NCBI GenBank assembly: GCA_000708835.1
Contig: DF237048.1
Location: 142,396-206,395 of the forward strand
Source: Klebsormidium nitens
Lineage: Eukaryota; Plantae; Klebsormidiophyceae
Reading direction: 5' to 3'
DNA length: 64,000 nt
Shown here: piece by piece, positions 12,301 to 26,084 of the stretch
Layout of the letters: each line of letters opens with the position of its first letter
Numbering within the stretch: position 1 is the first letter of the stretch
Notes under the pieces: generated by a model
What the model was told of the DNA's origin: nothing
Databases searched by the model: none
What the model saw: only the letters and a program-made list of their open reading frames with translations
Made by a program: the position numbers and the translations under genes

Positions 12301-15300
12301 ACGCGGGTAGTATGGCGGCCTCTGATCAGGCACGGGCCGTCGAGGAATACCTGCTTTGAGCCGTCTGCATGAAAGCTCAAGCATAACCTCGTCATTACCG
12401 CACTGACATCAAGGGACCTCCTTAAGGTTGCGAGCTTTCCAAAGTCAGTATGAGCCTCTTTGAGGGGCACGTGACGAATCTGGATGCTACGCTCGGGCCA
12501 CGGGCTCTGCACCCCCAGCATTACGTGTCCTTCAATAGAAGCTCGTACCTGTTGGACTCACGAAACAAGGGAAACGTGGCTAAAATAGTTGGACAGTTGA
12601 ATAAGATCACAATAAGGCGAGCATGCACGCCTTGCGGATTCCCTCGCTGCATTTTCCACCGGAAGGTGAGTATTGAACTTGTGAAACCGGATTCAGACTG
12701 GCTGTTCCAAAGGCGTTATCTCTGCCAATGGTGTAAAATCAAACAGCCTAGACGGCTTTGCTCGAGGAACGTACGAGTCCTAGGATGGTAGAATGCTGAG
12801 AACGAAGGAAATTGTTTGCTCCTGCCGCACGCGTTACCCAAGTACTCGGCCGCACACATGATTACGACACATCACTATGACCTGGTGGGCAGGTTACTGG
12901 AATCTCGAGGCAGCCGCGAACGCTTGCGTGCGCAACAAGACGACTCTGACTGCTAGATCGAGGAAAGATTGCATACCATTGTGAAGGTCACGAAAAGTAG
13001 AAACGAAATAGATTACAAAAAGGAAAGCCAAATAGAGGATGCACGTGGCTCAGAGCGGGAGACCTGGATTGGGCGGCCCCCGATGTCCCCACCAAATGTC
13101 AGCTTCCTAGCCAAAACTTGGTATCGGTCGGACCTGCCGCCGCGCCGGAATGATGGGGCCGTACTACTGTAAGTCGTTCGTTTCCACTAGTTGGCTGTTC
13201 TTTTGCCGGGTACTTCACGACAACGGAGCCGGAAAAGCACCGGACGAGGAACTCGATACTATGCCAACTTCAAATGACAGAGTTTTCAGACCGCAACCGC
13301 AAAAAGCTGGATTGAAGAGGCTTCCCGCTTTCGAAGAGGTTTCGTAGGTAACCCAAGCCTGACTGCCCACCACCGAAAAGGTGAAGTCAAAAGCCGTCAC
13401 GTGAAGGACAGGACCTACAGAAACGACGTACAAGACAAACACGTTTAGAGCGCGGAAACGCGTGCTTGGACTGCACTTCGTGTCTCGCGCAAGGCGAATA
13501 GGGTGCCCTTTTCATCGCTGACAACACGCGACACGTCACTTTGGGCCGCTTAATTGCGGCATAAATTTTTTGTGAAGGCTGATACAAACCACTTAAGATT
13601 GGAGCCTTGCGAAACAGTAATCTTTGTTGTTCCGCAGACTTGGTTGACTAAACACTACATGACTAGGCATACCTAGAGTTGGCGATACTTGTATCCGCTC
13701 GAAAGTGGCTCTCATACGAAAGACGTCCAGCACGATTTTGAAAGCTCTCCTCATGCGAAACGTTCTATGATTGGCAATCACCCTCCCGCCATTGACTGAC
13801 GGAAAGAGAACAAAGCGCCTCGCCAACTTTCAAGTCAGCAAGTTCTCTGCGGCGAGACCGCCCTCCTAGGGTGTCAAAGCACATGAAAGCACTTGAAAGC
13901 ACTTGAAAGAATACATGAGAGTCCTAGTTAGATTGCACCCTTCAAACCAGAGCACACCCAGTACGTACGTGGACGTCATACTGCATGAAGGGAGCTAGCT
14001 CCACCTGTTACCGCCAACTTGGGTCCGATTTTGTAATGACCAAGTCGATGTGGTTTCAGTCCGTCAGCCAATACATCTTCAACAAATGAAAGGGCAGAGA
14101 GCGAAAAACCTGATGTGGCGTTGCCTTAGCGCCATTAAGATGTTCACGGGGTCAAGTCATTGCCCCGCCGGCAAAGATCAATTTGACTCCTCGACTCCTG
14201 GAGGATGGCAACTCGTAGGAAGGCCAACAGCACCAGATCGAAGGACCATATGAAAAGCAGTCATGTCTGTTATGTAGATATGCACCAACCGGCGGATTGT
14301 AACGAAACTCAAGAAAAGCAACACACCAAGAAGGGTCCACTTGCAGGATGTAGCCGTCACGCCGTTTTCCAAAGCAGAGAGTTCTGTGTTTGACCACTCT
14401 GTAACCTGTCGGAACGTCGCAGCTTCTTAAAACGAAGCAGCCTAGACAAATAGATAGGGAGAAACCGGTGCTGATCATCGTACTAATATACGCACGAGAG
14501 ATGACAAGGCCTTGCATGTAACTGACGTGACAATGGCTCTGTGCCCGAGACAGACAGACCTATGAGCTTCCAAAGGAAGGCCCGTGGGTCCTCGTCATCG
14601 CCTCTGTAAGAAAGTTGGCAGTAGCCCGTCAAGATTCTGACCGCTTGGATAAGATTGCCCTACGGTAATCATTCTAGAAGCACAGGAAACGTGCCAAGGA
14701 AGTATGACAAAATAATTTGGGTCACTAGGCCAACAAAAGTGCTTTCCTGCCACCCGTTAAAAACATGGGCAGCAGTGGACTGTAACCACTTACCAAGAAC
14801 TTTACCGTTAACAGCTTCTATTACTGGACGGAAGAGAGCATTTGCAAGTATTAAATCTGACAACGAGAACCGATCAAACGTTCATGGTTCTCGTTATGCC
14901 TGCATGGCCTCGGAAGCGCGGCTTTGGAACGTAAGCTGAAGGCTATTCGTATACGTTAGCATGACGCTACGTCGTTGTGTTGATTCTGCCAAAAGGTCAA
15001 CGCGGCAGCCGATCTTACAGCCTCAAAGGAAACCCGAAGACGAGTAACATCATCTCCTTGACTGGAGTGGAGGCAAACTGAGGCTTCGGAGTCACTCATC
15101 GATATCTTTCGCAACAAGAAAGCGCGAGCAGCGTGGTCTCGTCATTGCCATCCTGGAGAGAAGACGTGTGCGCGACAATGGGCTTGTAACGCGTATTCAA
15201 GCGACAGTACGAAACAGATCGAAGGAATACACGATTCGGGCCGGGCCTTAATGGCACAATCAGTCCATAGGCCTGAGCAAGTTGAAAGTCAGGGTCGTAT

Positions 15301-16320
15301 AACCGACGGGCCCTGACCAGCCCAAAATCTGCTCACACAATGACCGCCGGATGTACTGCTGGCGAGAAGAAGAAGTTCAGCGAATGCGCACCAGCAAAGG
15401 GAAACGGGCACCCAAAAGTGATCACATCAGAAGGTGCACGGATCAAAGGGAGATACGTCCTGGTCAGGTTAAGCCGCCCGTCGAGACGCAAACGCAGCCT
15501 CGTCACCATCTTTCGACCGGACACTGGAGCTTGCAAAAGGTGCTGAGATTCTGGTAAGACAAGATTGAAAAATCGTGGCGGATAGACCAGGGTTCGACCA
15601 AGGATCTGGGTGGTTCCAGCCTTGCGTCAAGAATTTTTGATCCGCAGACCCTGTACACATTTGAAAGGCAGCAAAAGTTACCCCGGATTACTGCTTGATG
15701 CATCAAACGCTGTCATGTTGCTCGGTGAGTTTTCTGAAAGCGGGCCTTCCAGTTTAATCACAAAAGGTTCTCGATCTTTCCAGCTCAACTGGTAATTTGA
15801 GCACGCTCGGTCGTCATTGTCGTCTGAACTGCACGGTGAAGCCCGAGAGGAAGAACCGGACTGACTCAAGTTCACTCTACTTACCGTCGGCCTGATTTCA
15901 ACGAGCGAGCTTGAACTAGAAACATGTGTACATATGTCCGACGCGGCTAGTATGGCGGCATCTGATCTTGCACACGCTGGAATCCGTGCTTGAGCCTTCT
16001 CCATGAAGAGCTCGAGCATAACCTCGTCATCACCGCATCAACTTCAACGTCAGAATTATTAAAAGCCTCGGTCTCTCCACTACCGCTTCCCTCCCTTTTA
16101 CAAAGAAGGTAGTATGAGCCACTGTGAGGTGCATGTGGTGAACGTGCATGCGGGGCTCTGCACGCCCACCAATCAAATCTGTCCTTCAACATTAAAGGGT
16201 TTACTGTTGGACTGAAACAAGGGTAACGCGACTACGAATCCTCTGGACGTTTGAATATCGGATCATAATAAAGCGAGCATGCACGCCTCGCTGATTCCCT
16301 CAAACGCAGTCTCCGCTCGA
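3340..16320. repeat. Degenerate tandem array, ~3.68-kb unit, about 3 full-length equivalents plus one internally deleted (~1.9 kb) copy
   Basis: Collinear anchors: TGGCGTTGC at 4858/8543/10435/14116; AACAGCCTAGACGG at 7157/9061/12742; CACTTCGTGTCTCGC at 7880/9788/13474; TTAGCATGACG at 5689/11290/14956. Spacings are ~3685, ~1900 and ~3681. All frames are interrupted by stops and indels. Confidence 0.92.
3344..3694 (+). other. Open exon-like ORF (116 aa) of an unknown family with a CLVLP...VTWWA motif; best-preserved relative of part of the tandem-array unit
   Basis: Directly preceded by a pyrimidine tract plus CAG (TCTTCGCTCCTTGCCAG). Homologous GTGACCTGGTGGG-type segments occur at 2691, 3584, ~7282, 9186 and 12877. 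Confidence 0.45.
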
Positions 16321-16999
16321 TAAGCAAATGGCAAATGAGACGCCCGTCAGGCGGTTGTATATCGAGATTAACCCTCTTAGTGGTCCTTGGAAAGTGACAG
16401 CACGTGGGCGTTCCATGGTTTCAAATAAACTAGGCTACTCACAGACGTGCATGCAAGTAAATGAAAGAATATTTTAGCGCACTTCTTCATATCCAATTAT
16501 CTTCGGAACGTCTTATATGAAGACGTATATGAGCACTTAAAGTGTTGACAACCACGCTCCTTGGACCCGACCTAGCTATAGCGCGGCGAAATCATGCGGT
16601 GAAGCAAGGCTTCACATCTGACCAAAAAATTGTTGACACCGTCGGGTGAATGTCAATCGAGTTAGAAAAGATTATCGAACGTATGACCTCGAGCCCAAAC
16701 ACAAAAGAAGAAGAAATACTTTCCTAAATTAACTGTAAACTGATCAAAACTTTGAAAACGCGGCGCTCCTGCCTTCCATGGCAGTGCTGCCAAGATTTTG
16801 GGACATACTTACTAAAACGGAAATACGAGCACCATGCATTTTGAAAAACAGTCTTTCTATGATTAACTTCGATATCCTTGTTAAAGGGCATCTTTCAGCC
16901 TGCCATAGTTCAACTTATATCGATATGTATTTTCCAAGAATCCTATCGATCCAGAATTTCGAAAAGATTTGATTGTAGATAGTAGGCGCTCAGTCAAAC

Positions 17000-17700
17000 A
17001 AATCTCTTCATTCAGAGCCCATGTCCGTTTTCATCGTGACCAAATTTGCGAGAGCGAGTGCGAATGGAGCCCTTCTAGAGCGGCCAGAAATCGAAACGGG
17101 ACTTCGAAGTAAAGGAGCTCCAGATGATCAAATAGTCTTCCCACTTGTGCATGAAGATCACCGTAAAACGGGAGGCCGGTATCGCGCTTCTACCCGACTG
17201 AGCGTCATTGGTCAGCAGATGAACCAATTCAACATGCAAGAAAATCTTCAAAGACGCCTCACTAGGAAGCGCAGCATGAGCTGACCGTCAGCTAACTCAT
17301 GCTTCAAGTCTCGGACTTGAAGCCGGCAGGCACTCAATGTGCGAAGTCTGAGACGGTCCAGACGATCTGAAGAGCAGCTCTAGCAGGATTGCAACTTTGA
17401 GGGGAAACGTCTACAGACATTAGCCTGAGCATGTATTGTTATATTAGATCAAGCGTTGGCGGGCACACCGACATGGCAGCGGCTCTGATACCATCTCAAT
17501 CAACTCCTTGGATCTCGTCGGGGAAGCCAAGCAAAGTCCTTTCATTGCCTTTGTCCCACGGATGGTAAGGACGAAGTCACGTGTTTCCTGTTTTGGCATG
17601 CGCGAACTGACTCTTTTAAGGAGCTGACCATTGGATAGTCCAGGCTCCACGAGCTGGCGGGGCCGATATTACGGCTGTGCTCAGCCATATTCTCACCGCC
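17000..17700 (-). pseudogene. Probable BTB/POZ-BACK (POB1-like) pseudogene
   Basis: Manual minus-strand translation gives collinear fragments VRIWLSTAVISAR...SSRMPKQETRDFVLTI, LIIQYM, AALQIVWTVSDF and FYGDL...FLAALEGLHSHSL. These resemble, in order, plant BTB-BACK motifs as recalled (TLHISSPILAAK...GMRESEQRHVTL, LLNFMY, ALLDVLMAADKF, LAGIEAILSSDEL). Multiple stops and frameshifts. Confidence 0.45.
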
Positions 17701-18996
17701 GCTAACACAAACGGCTCGCCCGAGAGAGGATAAGCTGCCAGACTGATGATACCCAACACTGCAGACGTCGGAGGGCGCATTTTCACTTACAGACGTTATA
17801 TAAAGCCTTTCGTGAACATCTACACATACGAGTGACGAAAAAAGAATGATGCAATTTATGTGGCAGCACTATAGGAGTAAATGCCGTCAGCACCAAGACG
17901 CAGTCAAAAACAGTAAGCGTTTACTCATCGTGAGACCAACCGACAAACAAGATTACGTCAGCACAGTGGCAAGGCGGAGACCGCACTCTTTCGTGTTTGA
18001 GAAGCACTGGCAAGTAACCGCGAGCAGCGAATGCAGCCCTCTCACCAGGCAAGCCGCAAGCACTGCTTTGCTTGCTCTTGTTCAAAGCACTAAAGCAACT
18101 TCGTCTCTCCGACTGCTTCTCTGACGTCAGGTGGTGGTATCTAGGTTATATGGCAGGCCATGATTGAAAAGTAAACGAAGAGAGCGTAGATCGACTGAAA
18201 CCGGTCTCGCCAATTTGCCATGGCGTCCGGAAAGCCAGCACGCCGACATTAAGAGAGCTGGTCTGGACAAAATTGTACCGAGGTGCGCGCCAAAAAAAGA
18301 AAAGCGAGCATTTTGATACACTATGCGAGCAACGGGGTCACCAGACAACTGTCGAAAGAAGACGACTCCCTGGCACTTAGGAATAGCCAGTAGACGTATG
18401 GCATCACGAGTGCTTCATCCATTATCCTGATGACGACTAGTATGTGTCATTAGGGCACTCGATCACCGCCTTGATCCGTTGTTTTGGAGGAGATGTTCGT
18501 GACAATCCGCTACCATACTTCGGATGAACAATGCTCACTTTTCCTGGTATAGCCGGCGCAACAGAATGCCCAACTGCAAACCAAACTGGTTCCGTTCAGA
18601 CCTCAACGACAACGCCTCTTCACAACCTACTGAAACAGAGCTTTCCAACACTGGTCCAGATCCGCAAGGAAGATTCGTTGCTCATCCTGGCCCGCTTATG
18701 ACAATTGCTTGGGACAGGAATGTAAAAAGCTGGGCACACACACTCTGAAGTCGTGAAACGCGCAAGCCAGCATTTGAGCGCAAAAGCACGACCAACAGCC
18801 CTCAGCGATGATCAAGCGGAAGCGGGAATACACCACCAGAAAAGTGCACACCACTTGTTTGAAAGTGTACAGTGTGGCCCAAAAACCGTGTCTCATCATT
18901 GATCACGCTAGATGACTTTGTGATTGCAAATACAATGTGTAGAGAGCGCCCAAACTCGCTGTGACCCAATTGCAGCCTGAAGCAGAATCCGAACAT

Positions 18997-21900
18997 TCAA
19001 GTCTCAACTTTTACAGAGTCTTTCAAATCTGTCCGTTCTGACGGCCGGCCCTCAATCGCTTGGGTCTGCGGTGCATCTGACCGTAGCCGCCTTGTCATAT
19101 CCTCCACTTGCTTCTGCACCTTTTGCAGCGCGCGCTCTTTCTCTCGGAGCTGCTTCTGGAGCGAGTACACCTGCAAGAGCGAACGAACCAGACCGGCTTC
19201 GAAAAAGGACAATTTGTGCGTTACTTCCTAGAGAAACTGGAAAAGTAAAGCTTCAAAGGCGTACTTGTAAAGTAACGTTGTTCCAAATCATGCAAAAAAG
19301 ACGCTCTCAAAGTGTGCGTTTTGCCTGGCTGACGGGCCACGACAGAGAGGAAGGCACAGAGCGAGATGATACGTTGCATGTGCCCAGGCAATGTGTTCGC
19401 CAAAATTGGGATTACGCGTTAGCCACGAGTGCCTGCAAATAGTGACCACGTTATCGTCAAGGCAATGGCTTTGTGCAATCGTCAAGGGCAGAGAATTCTA
19501 TGCCGTGTCAAGACCAAAGCGAACTTGTCTTGCGCAACACGGTTCAGATGGTCAAGCGCATGCAAAAGCAAAGGAACGCAGCCTTTAGCTCCCGCTGTGA
19601 AAGCTCACCACTAACAAGACTCTACTCAAAGGGTTTCATCTAATCATTCAACCAGGAGCGAAAGACAGGCACTGGCCGCATGGATTCAGAAAGTGCTGAC
19701 AACTGACAGCAGGAGTGTTCATTGCGTATAAAAGAACTATAAGTCCAGTCTATGAAGCGTCGTCAGCATGCACTCACCACATGCTGCCACTTGTCGCAAT
19801 CGTCGTTGAGGTCGTCGACGTACTCTTGCAGCTCTGCGAAACGTAAGGTTAAATGAAGGTTAAGGTTAAGGTCAAGGTTGCTTTATCAGTAAAGCACTAC
19901 CTTTCTTGCAGAGAAGTGCAACTCCTTTTGGGGAGGACAACAGAATCGATGCTTGCATTCTCTCCAAATGCCAGGATAAAAGAAAGGGCTGATCACAAGG
20001 AAGCAGCGACGTTCGAAGGACAGAGAGAAGGATCCGTCAGAATCAGAACGAAACCATGCATCATGGAAGTGCTGCAGACTGATTGCCATCACAACATGCA
20101 GAAAACCACCCAAGGCAAAATATTGGGGGCCAGAGTGCCTACCGTCCTTCAAACCCACTTGTTTAGAAGTCAACAAGTATGGAATTGACACTGCTTTGAG
20201 GATCTAGGGTTCCTAGCGTGCTTTCATACATCAAAGATACGGATCGCTGACAGACTGCCTGCGTACCTTTGAAGCCCTGCTTCATCTCCACGTTGAGTTG
20301 CTTCTGCAGTGCCAACTTGTTCTCGAGCTCGTGCATCTGCCACAACCAACGGAAATTGAAGTCAGAAAATCAAGCAGCACTAAAGTCCAACGGTGGGGAA
20401 GCTGTGAGAAGCTTGATTGGGTCGATATCTTGGAAGGCGGTCAATGTTGTTCAAGCGTGGCAAGCGTGGGTCGCCTACGATTGAAAAGCAAAGGTTCGAA
20501 GCAGAAAAGGAATTCCTTAGGACTGAGACCAGTACAAGATGCAAAGAGCGTGCATCAGTTTAGAAAGGAGCAACCAACGGATCTCAGAAAGCGAGAGAGT
20601 ACCGGATCGACCGTGAGAGTACCGAAGAACGACGGACTCGGTCAGAAGGGAAAGTCAACATGAATCTACGAAGGGTGGACAAAAATTTGTGCTGCTTGCT
20701 TGGCAGAGACTCCGTTCAGAACGGGCATCGTGCAAAACGGCAAAACGTGTCTCGACACCGTCCACCACTGCGTTCGTGAATCAAGGTAGGTCACGAAGTG
20801 TCGGTTGTCCCAAAGTAGAGGCTTCTACGGGCGCCCGTCGACAGTGCTCTCACTCAATCGTAAGAGAGCAATAAACCGTCCCGACCAGGCAGTGCAGGCT
20901 CAAGCATTAATCTTCCTTAGAGTTCAACTGAAATGAACAGTTCAACTTTTACAATTTGTTTCTTTCAATCGTGCGTGCCTCAGCAAAGCCTGCTGAATCA
21001 AGCGTTTCAGAAAAGCAAGAGCCGCTACTTCGAAATACTGGCTCAAACCACATTCACACCTTTCACTGAGCGCTTGTGCCGCCCGTGAGCGCCTGTCATT
21101 GCCAGTTTGATTGGCACCGAGAAATACGAGTCCGACTTTTCGAGCAAGTTACTTTTCAGAGCGGATGCATGTGCAAAATTCCTCGTACGACCGTTGTCCC
21201 CGAACCAAGCAAGACAGTGGCTCCGATGACGGAATGCTCAATCAAACTTAGCTTTGATGACAGCATGGTCTTTGCCATTATCGCTTGGTGTTTCACGGCC
21301 ACAAGAAGCAAATGAAAAAAATTGCAACTTGCGCAGACTCACATGAACGCCTTTTCGCTACTGCTTAAAGGCGCTGCGACATCCATCTCCGCACGAGCTC
21401 ACCATGCACAGTTCACTTATTCCTCATGGCCACCTCTCATCAGCCGATTGCCCTCATTGCCACCTCTCATCAGGCAACGCATGCAAAACCAGCCCAAGCG
21501 CTCGTACTAATTTTCACGGACGTAAAAACCTGGATGAAGTGCTTAGAAATCTGGATGAATTGCTTACAAAACCAAGCAGAAGCTAGTGGAAGACGGAAGG
21601 ACAGTGATCCTCGATTTCGAAGTCCGTATGGCTCGGATCAACGCCTCGTTCGCTCAAGGTGGTGAAAGTCATCGCCAACAACAACAGGGGACCACGGTAT
21701 CCAGGAACACCAACAGGGCCCGCCGCAAATGTCAAAATTAAGCAGCGTAAGTTCGCAAATTACGTAGCCAGAAACAGAGGAGCCAGCTCGGGCAAACTAT
21801 GGACACCCCGCGAATTTCAGATCGTAGAATAGCGGCTTCGACTGCTCGTACTCCAGATGCTATTTCAGCTACTTCAGGCCCGGCAACAAAATCGTCCTCG

Positions 21901-24900
21901 GCTACAAGAGCGTTTGACGTTTGAACAGCACCATCTGACGCACGAACGGATAACCCGGTTTCGTCAATAACTAATTGCGAGGGCTAGAAAACTTCGCTAG
22001 CCAGCACCCGTAAAGATTATACCATCCAGGCCAACGAAGTTGTTTCTGTGGAAAGTCGCTTTTCAAGAAGCGGGATAAACTCCTCGAGATTCTTTACTGT
22101 GTATGGGCAGCCGTTAAATCCAGCCTGTTGCAGCTCAAACCAAAATCCAAGAGCGGCCAGGAAACGCCGTTCCACAACCCTGAGCAATCTATGCGAGTTT
22201 GACGTGTGGTGACCCAGAAGCATGTGGCTCAGCTCGTACTTGTCCTTCTTCCGTGAGCTCGCCAAAACCCAGGGCTGTACGAGATCATGGCCTGAACACA
22301 TCGGCCCAAAGAAAGAGGCGTGCAGACGAACCACAACTTGTGTAAGGACTTGGATCGAGGACGAAAACGACGCAGGTGCCTCGAAGCAGTTGTCAACAAC
22401 GCTTTCTTTGGCGTTTTTCCCAGAACTCACAAGGTAGAATATCCTACCAGAACGTCTGCCCGTTGCTCCAACAATAATGCAAGCCTCTCTCATAAAAGTT
22501 TCATTCGGAGCACGGTCTCTTGTGGCAAGCACTTTCGTGTGTTAAAATTCAAGCACTTTGGAGATATAAACAGCAAAGCACTAAAGGACCGCTTTAACAG
22601 AAATCATTGCTCGACAACGCGCGCCTCTGACCAAAGCGCAGCAGCCAAAAGCAGAAGCTGACCGAAGCAGAAAACATTAACGAAACGGAACCTTGAACGC
22701 CATCGATCAAAATACGGCTGCCAAAAGCAGAACCCGCCCCAACCGAAAGAAGGCAACAAAACCATTCTTTAAATAGGGCGTTCCTCACCTTGCCCTCGGA
22801 CATCTCGCGCCCGATCTCCTCGTTCTCCTCCTGCAGCGTGCGGCACTTGGCCATGAGCATCTTGCCGTTCTTGCTGTGCGGCGTGAATTGCACCGCCGCC
22901 AGGTCGTCCTGCGCCTCCTTCAGCTTCTTCTCGCTCGCCTCCAGCTCCGTCTGCGGGGTGCGCACGGATGGTCAGATGATGTCTCAATGGCAGCATAGAG
23001 TGCAGTTCGGGGCTCGATGGATACTTAACTAGGATAGTATCTGGGCTGAATTGAGTTGTTGGTATGCTTGTCAGGGCCTGTCTCAATGTTTCAAGAAAAC
23101 AAAAGAGCAGGATTCGGAGATGCGGATTCATAAGAGCAGTTGAAGCTTCCTGAACCGAGCACAAGTCCAATCGTCACATCTACTCTATTTTACCTGCTGA
23201 AGACGTCGTGAAAGTAAAACGAGCAGAAGTTCCGAACAAGCAAGGCCGAACACGAAGGGAAGTAGGACAAAGTCGTCATAAAGAGCTGTCGCTGCTCGGG
23301 TCAGCGAAAAGCGCGGGCAGAATGAGCGAAGCAAAAAAACCAATTGACCTTTCTGTTCTCCAAATGAACAGTGAAGAACGTGCAAGCTGGCAAAAAAGCT
23401 CTGAACGGGTTTCTTTCCTGGCTTCAGCTTTCTCGAGTCGACAAACTCAACGAACATTGTTCTGACTTGTAAGAACCTTCACATAAAATCAATCTTCAAA
23501 TACCACAATCCGAGCGCAGTCTACAGTCGTCCTGAGTACGATTTACTTCAGGAAGGCAGTCTTTCTGTGTTACCTTGAGCTTGGTAAACTCGAGGTGGAG
23601 CACCGGGTCTAGCAGCAGCTGGCGCGCCTGCGTGTGCTTCGGGTGCATCAGCTGCTTCAGGTCGTGCAGCTGGGTCTGCAGAGACAAGCGTGACGTCAGT
23701 AGGGGCAAGGATGACGATGTGAAAGCTCAGTGCGAGGCGACAAACCAAACGTTGGGCGTGAAGTACCATCTGACCGAGCTGACGGACGCTTAGGATGAGT
23801 GTGCAAGAATGGGAGCGAGCCGCTAGCTCGACGCCTCAACGACCTCTCTGGTTAGACAAATGCCACAATGCGTTGTAGAAGGCGTCTTTGAGCACACAAA
23901 CCACTCTACTTGTGTCCAGATTAGAGGCAGGGCTGAACAGCGGCAATGTTCGAGCGGGCCTTGCTGATGGGTCAGGCAAACCAGGTACCCACCCGATGAC
24001 TAATGCGAATACAAGGACCCCTTCATAGAGCAACCAGTCCCAGCTACTTGTAATGCTTCTGGAGTTGACAAGTAAGCCATTCGAGTTTGAAGGGGGCGAA
24101 CCCCCGGTGCCCCGACAAGATCCTAAAGCTCTTGGTGGAGAATATCTCGCATGATACTTACCTTCAGCTCGGCGACGTCCTTGTCTTTCATTGTCAACTT
24201 GATAAGCAGAGCGTCCTCCTTACCCTTCGACACCTGAAGCTGCAGAAAAGAATAAAGAGGGTGGTGGGTGGGTTGAACGACCAACGAATGAGCATCTGCT
24301 CGAGGGATGAATCAGCAATTACCGTTTTACAAATAAAAGGTGCATGGCAGAATTGCTCCCAGCGTTGTCCGTGGAACCAGATTATCGTTAGAGGATTGTC
24401 TCTCTAACATTGAACTCCAATCCCATCTAAGCACGTTCCAAAGATACTGATGGAAACTGTGGGACTGGTCTCCTGTATGAGGAGAACTTTGATAGCGGTG
24501 GAACCTGTCTCTGGTCAAGAAAGACTCAGATACTGCTTAGAACGTCAGGCTGAGCTTATCTCCGCCAGCTCATTGCCCTACATGATGACCTGGCAGAGTT
24601 TGACTAGTCCGCAACAATCAAGAGAACGGCAACCAACCTGCTCTCTCAGCCTGCTGTGTTGCACCCCCATCTTCAGCACCTCCTGGATCACGACCGTCGG
24701 ATCTGGCTCCCCCCCAGCAACTGCCAATCCTGGCAGGATGGAGTTGCCCTTGAAAGCTGTGCGCCATCGTTCTAGTTCTGCATTTGCGGTTGCGTATTTC
24801 TGCTGGAGGACCACCAGGTCAGCGTCGCGTTGCTCCAAACTGCGAAGTGGTGCACGGAAGATCAAGCAATGGGAAAGGGTGTGGAGGGAAAGGGTGTTCT

Positions 24901-26084
24901 CCTGCAAGGTACTGTTTGCGGGGATCTTTGAGCTCGTACAACGTGTCGTAGTGTCATACGTGACATGAACATGGTGAAACGATGACAACACCAGCGTTTT
25001 CGTTAGGTTGTCTCTGTTGTGCTCAGGGGATTCTGCCAGAATGAGTTTTCGATCGGCTTATGGCTAGAATGCTACCTTGAGCTGACAGAATTTAATTTTG
25101 AGGAATGGGGAAAAGGAGCGGCATGACCACGTTTGCAGGCGTTTACAAAGCCATGATTTGAAATCACTTCAAGGAATCAAAGGAACTTTTGATAAAGACA
25201 AGAAAATGCTCTCCCCCTCACCTAGCTCTCAGGTTCAAGATGGTAGTGGTGGCGTGATCGGCAACATGGGCCTGCAAGGAAATGGGAGGTGTTAGTACAA
25301 ATCTGTTGCAGAGCTTGACTCTGAAGAAACGCAGATTACTGGGCAGAGGGCATGCAGCAATGACAAGATGCAGCACAAGAAATGGCATTTGTACATGATG
25401 ATACCTGCTTCTGGAAAGGCTGCCTCTGAAAAGGGGACACTAGTTAGAACAGAGGGCATATGCATTTCAAGTGGTGTTGCAGCCACCTTATGAGGACTTT
25501 AAGTCAAGCAATCATCTCGAATGTTTTCTTCAACTACCTTCGTAATGTCGTCTGAAAGGAAAACAAAACCCAAAATATGCTGTACCAGAGCTCCAAAGAA
25601 TACATACACACTGGGCAGCGATACAGGGGCAAAACACACCTTTTTAGTCTCATACTCTTCATCAAGATCCTCTTCCGCTGGCCGCTTTCTTGACACCGGA
25701 GCCGAGATGCCAACATCATCGCCGAAATCATCGTCCCCCTGCAGAGTGACAATGCACGATGACAAAGTTTCTTGCCACACTGAGGTTTTCTTCACGGGCA
25801 AAGTTTTTATGGTTTGGACTTGGAGGAAAGGCACAACCCAGAATTCCAAATCGTCTGATGCCTTGAAATGTGGTGGTAGGCAATGTAATCATAAGAAACT
25901 GTTGCTGACATCCTGAATTTAGCCATGCATCAGCTTGACCTGCGATTGGATGAATGCGGCATCCAGAAGCACGCTTCCGGACCCTTGAGGCTTTGCAACA
26001 ATGATGCCAATAAGAGAAATAATTGACAGCTGATAAAATTGCAAGTGGGTGTGCCTTGCGTAGGGAATAACTCACACCAAACAT
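18997..26084 (-). CDS. FIP37: FIP37/WTAP, m6A RNA methyltransferase complex subunit (~333 aa, 10 coding exons)
   Basis: Exons 26076-26084 (tentative start MFG), 25640-25738, 25222-25271, 24638-24839, 24162-24239, 23574-23675, 22789-22950, 20267-20336, 19778-19833, 18997-19170. All junctions are GT-AG and phase-consistent, 1002 nt in total. Diagnostic peptides: ARQLLLDPVLHLEF and FTPHSKNGKMLMAKCRTLQEENEEIG. Confidence 0.95.

Noticed and set aside
3340-16320. Array as CRISPR-like or viral (NCLDV) insertion
   Set aside because: Units are kb-sized with no repeat-spacer structure, and no viral hallmark proteins are recognisable.
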